Origin: a virus | Taxonomy: Duplodnaviria; Caudoviricetes | Reading direction: 5' to 3' (one strand) | DNA length: 50,854 bases | Virus record (IMG/VR): IMGVR_UViG_3300026968_000004 | Coordinates: 1 to 50,854 of that record | In this document: piece after piece, positions 45,671-50,854 of the stretch | Layout of the letters: every line of letters begins with the position of its first letter | Position numbering within the stretch: the first letter of the stretch is position 1 | Translations under genes and position numbers: made by a program | Notes under the pieces: model-generated | What the model was told of the DNA's origin: nothing | The model's database searches: none | What the model saw: only the letters and a program-made list of their open reading frames with translations

Positions 45671-46399
45671 ATGGAAAATAAGGAAAAAAATTATTTTATT
45701 GTAGCACAAAAAGAAGATGATAGTTTAGATATTGATGTTCAAGTAATAAATATAGCTGATGATATACCAGAAAAGTTACAAGAATTATATGATAAAATTG
45801 AAAAGACTAAAAATGTTATAGCATCATTAACTTATTCAAAAGATGAAGATAAAAAGAAATACATAGGTAAACTTTTGACGATAGCACAAGTAGGTCTTGT
45901 GGCTCAACAGCCTGAAATGGCTGAATTAGCTATAGAAAGGCTCAAAGATGAAATAACAATTAAAGAAGGCGGATTAATTAAAAATCAATATATGAGAACT
46001 TTAGGTATACACGCGTTGATATTATTAGTATTAGCTGTTTTTATTGGTATAGTTATAAAAGGTATTAATGAATATGCATTTGGCTGGGCTGGAGCAATGG
46101 CTGGTGTGTGGTTATCATTTGGTATAAGAAAAGTAACCTTTAATTTTAATAACTTGCATATTGTTGAGGATGATAGATTATCAACAATTACAAAATTATT
46201 ATTTATGGGATTAATAACTATATTTGTTATTTTATTGCTAAAGAGTAGAATCATAATTATTGAATTAGGAAATATTAATACATCAACAATAGACACAAAT
46301 ATTGAAGGTGCATTATTAATAGGTTTTATTTGTGGCTTACTTGAAAATAATCTAGCTCAAAATATTTATAGCAAAGCGAAAGATATTATGAAATTGTAA
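45671..46399 (+). CDS. Multi-pass membrane protein
   Basis: ATG at 45671, 1 nt after the upstream stop; about four TM helices in the C-terminal half. Confidence 0.8.
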   Translation: MENKEKNYFIVAQKEDDSLDIDVQVINIADDIPEKLQELYDKIEKTKNVIASLTYSKDEDKKKYIGKLLTIAQVGLVAQQPEMAELAIERLKDEITIKEGGLIKNQYMRTLGIHALILLVLAVFIGIVIKGINEYAFGWAGAMAGVWLSFGIRKVTFNFNNLHIVEDDRLSTITKLLFMGLITIFVILLLKSRIIIIELGNINTSTIDTNIEGALLIGFICGLLENNLAQNIYSKAKDIMKL

Positions 46400-46668
46400 A
46401 AAATTTAAAGTTGGTATTAATTAATCGTAAAATTAATGTTTAGTGAAGATAAAATCAGGAATTAAATGTTAGTTGACAAATATAAATCATTATTAGAGAA
46501 ATAAAAGAGATAATTTCAAATGATATTTTTGTAATAGAGTTTTCTTAGAGATAAAACTCTATTTTTTTGTCGTGGTAATGTCGTGAAGGTAACTAGTAAA
46601 ATATAACTGGAGAAGTAAACTCAACTTCTTATAGATAAATTACTAGAACTAGACAGGAGGTGATGACA

Positions 46669-47427
46669 ATGAGAAGTTTTGTAAGTTGGATGGGTGGTAA
46701 AAATAGCTTAAAAAAAGAAATAGTAAAAAGGTTTCCTACAACAGAGTTCAATAGATATATAGAAGTTTTTGGGGGTGCTGGGTGGGTACTATTTCATTCG
46801 GATAGACATGCAGAAACAGAGATATATAATGATTTTAACAGTAATCTTGTAAATTTATTTAAGTGTGTAAAATATCATTGTCCAGAAGTAGAAAGGGAAC
46901 TAAAGTTCTTCTTGAATTCAAGAGAATTATTTAATGAATTTAAAGATAGTTATAATACTGCAGGTATGACTGATATACAAAGAGCAGCACGTTTTTTTAT
47001 GGTTATTAAGACTAGTTATGGTTCTAAATTGCATAGTTATGGATGTGTTAAGAAAGATATACCAACAGTGGTTAAATATTTTGAAATAGTACAAGAAAGA
47101 CTATCTAAGGTGGTTATAGAAAATAGAGATTTTGAACATTTAATAAAAACATATAATAAGCCTAAGTCATTTTTCTATCTTGATCCACCTTATTATGGAA
47201 CAGAGAAATATTATCAGGTACAATTTTCAAAAGAGGATCATGTAAGGCTTAAAAAAGCTTTAGATCAGATTAAAGGTAAGTTTTTATTATCTTATAATGA
47301 TTGTGAGTATATAAGGAAGTTATATAAAGATTACAATATTGAAGAAGTTAAAAGACCTCATAATTTACATACGAAGTATAAAGATAAAGAGCAGGAATAT
47401 AAAGAATTAATAATAACTAATTATTGA
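46669..47427 (+). CDS. dam: DNA adenine methyltransferase (D12/Dam family)
   Basis: SWMGGK, EVFGGAGWV, YND, YLDPPY, LSYND, ELIITNY. Confidence 0.95.
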   Translation: MRSFVSWMGGKNSLKKEIVKRFPTTEFNRYIEVFGGAGWVLFHSDRHAETEIYNDFNSNLVNLFKCVKYHCPEVERELKFFLNSRELFNEFKDSYNTAGMTDIQRAARFFMVIKTSYGSKLHSYGCVKKDIPTVVKYFEIVQERLSKVVIENRDFEHLIKTYNKPKSFFYLDPPYYGTEKYYQVQFSKEDHVRLKKALDQIKGKFLLSYNDCEYIRKLYKDYNIEEVKRPHNLHTKYKDKEQEYKELIITNY

Positions 47428-47501
47428 GTTTAAACCTTGAGTAGTAGTTAATTGCTTTAAATTAATATATCTGATATTATTAACTAAATGGAGGAACACA
47501 T

Positions 47502-47720
47502 ATGGATACATTTGTAATCATTATGATATGCTTAATAAATATACCTATACTATATTTATTAACAAAGAAGTACTTTGGTAGCTTTGCAGATTTAAGTTAT
47601 TACATTAACAATATCAGATATAATCCTGAAATTAAAGCTAGGTTAATAGGATTTATAGGAATAATATTTTTAATTGTATTTTTCGAAGTTTTAATTGCTT
47701 TTAGGTTATTACATTCATAA
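47502..47720 (+). CDS. Small two-TM membrane protein
   Basis: GGAGG RBS; two hydrophobic helices. Confidence 0.7.
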   Translation: MDTFVIIMICLINIPILYLLTKKYFGSFADLSYYINNIRYNPEIKARLIGFIGIIFLIVFFEVLIAFRLLHS

Positions 47721-48126
47721 CTAAAATAAGATTTAGAACAGATACAGAATCTATTTTCTTAATTGAAGATAGGTCTTTTTCTATATAAAAAGTAATTATG
47801 ACATGGTAATGTCTACATATATAAATTTATAATTATATTGACATAATTAATACTATATGTTGTAGAAGTTAATGTTTTAAGCTACTACATATTGTTTGGT
47901 AAATGGTTTTTATATATAACTTTTTTAAAATTAATTAATAATTTAATAATTATATGTATTAAAAAATTTTGTAGAAGTATAGACTGATTCCCGATAACAT
48001 GATATAATACCATTAAATAAGTGGGGGTTACCAATGGTAACCATAGGTCCCTGATGTATAAAAATCTCCTTTATTGGTTAGCATCTTTTTACAACTAGTA
48101 CATATATTTTATAGAGGTGATTTTGT

Positions 48127-48672
48127 ATGGGTAAAATAATTAATTTAAACCGAAGGAAGGGAGTGCGTAATATGGAATGTGTAGCTCCTTCAAAACAATA
48201 TGGTGAATATAGCCATGATACTTTAATTCAATTAGCAAAAGTTATTTTATATTTTGCAAGATATTCATCCCAAAATATGTATAAGACAAAATTGAATAAG
48301 TTATTATTTTATGCTCAATTTCTATATTATAAAATTTATAGGTACAGATTAATTGATACAGAATTTATAAAAGATTATTATGGTCCTGTATTAAATGATT
48401 TAGATGATAAACTAGATATTTTAAAAAAGGCAAATTTAATTGAACTACGAAAAGATCCTTTTGGAGAAGTTGTATTACCAGTAATCTTATTAAAAGAAAA
48501 TGCTTATTCAAAGAAAGAATTAGAAGTATTAGAGATTGTTAGAAAGCAATTCGATAATTATTCATCAAGAAAAATTTCTCAATATTCTCATGAAGAGAGT
48601 CTCTGGCTGGAAACAGATTTAAAAGAAATCATAGAAATTGAACGAGCTAATGAATTGAGGGATTTTGTATGA
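48127..48672 (+). CDS. Panacea (DUF4065/SocA-like) antitoxin domain protein
   Basis: TKLNKLLFYAQ...YYGPV...SSRKISQYSH.E..W. Confidence 0.88.
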   Translation: MGKIINLNRRKGVRNMECVAPSKQYGEYSHDTLIQLAKVILYFARYSSQNMYKTKLNKLLFYAQFLYYKIYRYRLIDTEFIKDYYGPVLNDLDDKLDILKKANLIELRKDPFGEVVLPVILLKENAYSKKELEVLEIVRKQFDNYSSRKISQYSHEESLWLETDLKEIIEIERANELRDFV

Positions 48673-49580
48673 ATTTCACTTTGAAAGCTTTTGCAGTAGT
48701 ATCATGCCTGATAGGTACATTATTACTATACTTCTTAAGTATTAAGGCTAGTTGGATGAAACAGAGAAAAAATAAATTGATAGTAAATGATGATGATTAT
48801 AATAATATAACTATATTGAGCAAATGCAAATTTACGAAAAAGTATTTTGTTATTGAATGTATAGTTATATTATTGTTTTCATTTTTTTTGTCATTAATTA
48901 TCACAATATTTTATGTTTGGCAAGTATACAAGGTAAATGACTTTGATGTTGATAGTGTAGCACAAGGAATTTTATGGTTTGTCGGAATATATATTGTCTT
49001 AATTTGTATTGATGAAGAACAAGAAAACATAGATAAATTAGAAAACAAATCCTTGAAGAATATCATAAAGGTAGTAATGAAAATAAAAACCTTTTTGATA
49101 AAGGGGCTGGTATCAAAGGAAACAAAAAAGTATAAAGAATTTATCAAATTAAAAATAAAGACTTGTATTAATAACAATAGTGATTTCATTGCTATATTAA
49201 TTATATGTATTGATGAAAATGCATTCGGAAAGAAAACTTTAAGAGACGAATTTAGAGATGAATTAAAAGATCTTAATGCTGAACTAGTAGATGAATACAA
49301 TAATAAGAAGTTTACGCTAGAAGAAAGTTTAGTAGATTTTTTCACTAAAGATTTAATCAGATATAACTTTAGCTATCTTGAAATATTGGAGTTTATTGAT
49401 AATGTTGAGAAACGGATAGGATTATATAATAAACATGAAATTAATAGTAAACTAGATAGATTAAAACCATACAACAAGCCACTGCCGAAGTTAAAAGAAC
49501 AAGATATTGAAGATATTGGGAAGTTGGTAAATGATGTATTTCAAGCATTTGATAGTGTAATAGGCGAACGTATCAACTAA
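48669..49580 (+). CDS. Membrane protein, candidate toxin partner of the Panacea protein
   Basis: ATGA overlap with the antitoxin; three N-terminal TM helices. Confidence 0.65.
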   Translation: MNFTLKAFAVVSCLIGTLLLYFLSIKASWMKQRKNKLIVNDDDYNNITILSKCKFTKKYFVIECIVILLFSFFLSLIITIFYVWQVYKVNDFDVDSVAQGILWFVGIYIVLICIDEEQENIDKLENKSLKNIIKVVMKIKTFLIKGLVSKETKKYKEFIKLKIKTCINNNSDFIAILIICIDENAFGKKTLRDEFRDELKDLNAELVDEYNNKKFTLEESLVDFFTKDLIRYNFSYLEILEFIDNVEKRIGLYNKHEINSKLDRLKPYNKPLPKLKEQDIEDIGKLVNDVFQAFDSVIGERIN

Positions 49581-49852
49581 AGTTATATATTGGATTGATA
49601 TATTAATTACAAATAATTAAGATTACTTGAATATAATAAGACTAATATTAGTACATATGAGATTGATATATAATTATTTATATATACATTCTGGTTTAGA
49701 GATATTAGCCATAGGCGTTAACATTATAGTTGTATGAAAGTTTAAAAGCAAAGAATAAAATATTTACTTAATAATATGTTTATAAAAAACTATCAAAGAA
49801 CCTTTGTTTTATAAATAGTGGTACTTACTATAAAGAGAAAGCTGGTGACAAT

Positions 49853-50159
49853 AATGGGACCATATATTTCAGATGATAAGTTATTACATTGCACATGTGG
49901 AAGTACAAATTTAGTAGCAGCTAGGGCAAAAGTAGGGGTGCAATTTAGCATTTTATGTAAGGACTGTACTGAGAAAAAGCAGAAAAACCAACATGTATGT
50001 GGATTCGGTTTAGTCGAAGAATTAGTTGAAAGAGATTTTAATTTATCTGGTGATGATGAGAAAGTTAAAGAAATAACATTAAACATATTTAAGGAGCAGT
50101 TAGGACTAGAAGTTGATTGTGATAAAGTCAAGTTGTCAAATATAAACAAAGAATATTAG
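49853..50159 (+). CDS. Hypothetical zinc-ribbon protein
   Basis: CTCG...CKDC; start uncertain. Confidence 0.55.
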
Positions 50160-50262
50160 AAGTAAGTCAAATAGTGATTAGTAAGTGCCACTATTTATAG
50201 CATAAAGTACTAGGTTTAGCTTTTAAATCTTTATATAACGGAATTTTTCCATATGGGGAGAA

Positions 50263-50493
50263 ATAGAATTGCACGCAGTTAACACGTAAATTTTGCTATT
50301 TCTATAAATCTGAATCCTTTTTTTAAACATCGCTCAATAAAATTACGCTCTTCAAGATTAAGGTTTTCTGGTTGCCACTAGAGATATTATCTTGCATAAA
50401 AACTCTTTTCTAGTACAGGCAGGCAACCATACTTACATTATACTAGAAATGAGTGCAAGAGTTATTGTCATTTTCTTAATTTGGAACTAGACA
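50263..50493 (-). mobile_element. IS30-family remnant (frameshifted transposase N-terminus)
   Basis: Minus strand reads MQDNISSGNQK / LNLEERNL / IERCLKKGFRFIEIAKF across frameshifts, resembling the IS30 N-terminal HTH; ends approximate. Confidence 0.55.
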
Positions 50494-50539
50494 ATTAGTT
50501 TTTCATTTAACTTTTATATTTTGTATTTATCTCTTGATA

Positions 50540-50553
50540 CGAACATGTGTTTG
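50540..50553. promoter_or_regulatory. LexA (Cheo) box within a sigma-A promoter
   Basis: CGAAC-ATGT-GTTTG between TTGATA (50534) and TATAAT (50558). Confidence 0.8.
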
Positions 50554-50614
50554 GGTGTATAATGAATTAAATGCACTTGGTAACACACAGATAGGGACAG
50601 GAGTGGATTTCGGA

Positions 50615-50854
50615 ATGGAAGAGTTAAGAGCGTTAAAAGAAGAGTATAACCAGATTCTTAGTGATATAAGGATAAGACCTAATCATATTTACATGTATGA
50701 TTTAGAAGCAATAAACAAAGAATTATATACAAAGACGGTACAATATATTACTGGTTGTACAACAATAGAAGTATTTGAGTTACTTCCAGAAAAAGTTTTG
50801 AAGCAAATACATATGTATTTAAAAGGTATAATATATTGGTATAAAAATAAATAG
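50615..50854 (+). CDS. SOS-regulated hypothetical protein (79 aa)
   Basis: AGGAG RBS, ATG at 50615; the longer ORF-track start overlaps the promoter. Confidence 0.7.
   Translation: MEELRALKEEYNQILSDIRIRPNHIYMYDLEAINKELYTKTVQYITGCTTIEVFELLPEKVLKQIHMYLKGIIYWYKNK

Noticed and set aside
311-50149. Many ORF-track entries antisense to real genes (for example 311-613, 8477-8926, 27662-28309, 28541-29473, 37783-38939, 48911-49345)
   Set aside because: Shadow frames of well-supported genes, with no RBS or recognisable motifs
1-50854. attL/attR boundaries
   Set aside because: The window starts at the integrase stop codon, so attL is outside it and no paired core sequence can be identified

Overview
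Low-GC Firmicutes (Clostridia-like) temperate siphovirus prophage, read left to right. (1) Lysogeny module: large serine integrase, a membrane-anchored DEDDh exonuclease-like protein with two catalytic residues lost, a CI repressor, and back-to-back promoters with three 13-bp operators. (2) Plasmid-like replication module: HUH rolling-circle Rep, RecU, ParA/ParB and a parS-like palindrome. (3) Variable early region: radical SAM enzyme, C5 DNA methyltransferase, PAPS-reductase-family protein and small morons, punctuated by about nine ACWAAA-N6-TTTAG(T/G) inverted-repeat sites. It also holds an independently transcribed tRNA with a Leu-type body and an AGG (Pro) anticodon. (4) Late regulator and tyrosine recombinase. 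(5) HK97-type head, non-contractile tail and lysis genes. (6) A ~14.7 kb accessory/defence region: NLR-like STAND-TPR protein, HEPN, DUF6602, SEFIR/TIR, Panacea antitoxin pair, Dam with two dam remnants, SOS-box genes and an IS30 remnant. The top candidate for a new system is an unannotated 59-aa membrane protein (36413-36592) and the adjacent NLR-like protein (36605-39220). They share a RHIM-like amyloid-type motif (12/19 identical), which suggests prophage-encoded amyloid signalling from sensor to membrane effector. All product calls come from motif recognition by eye; no database searches were run.
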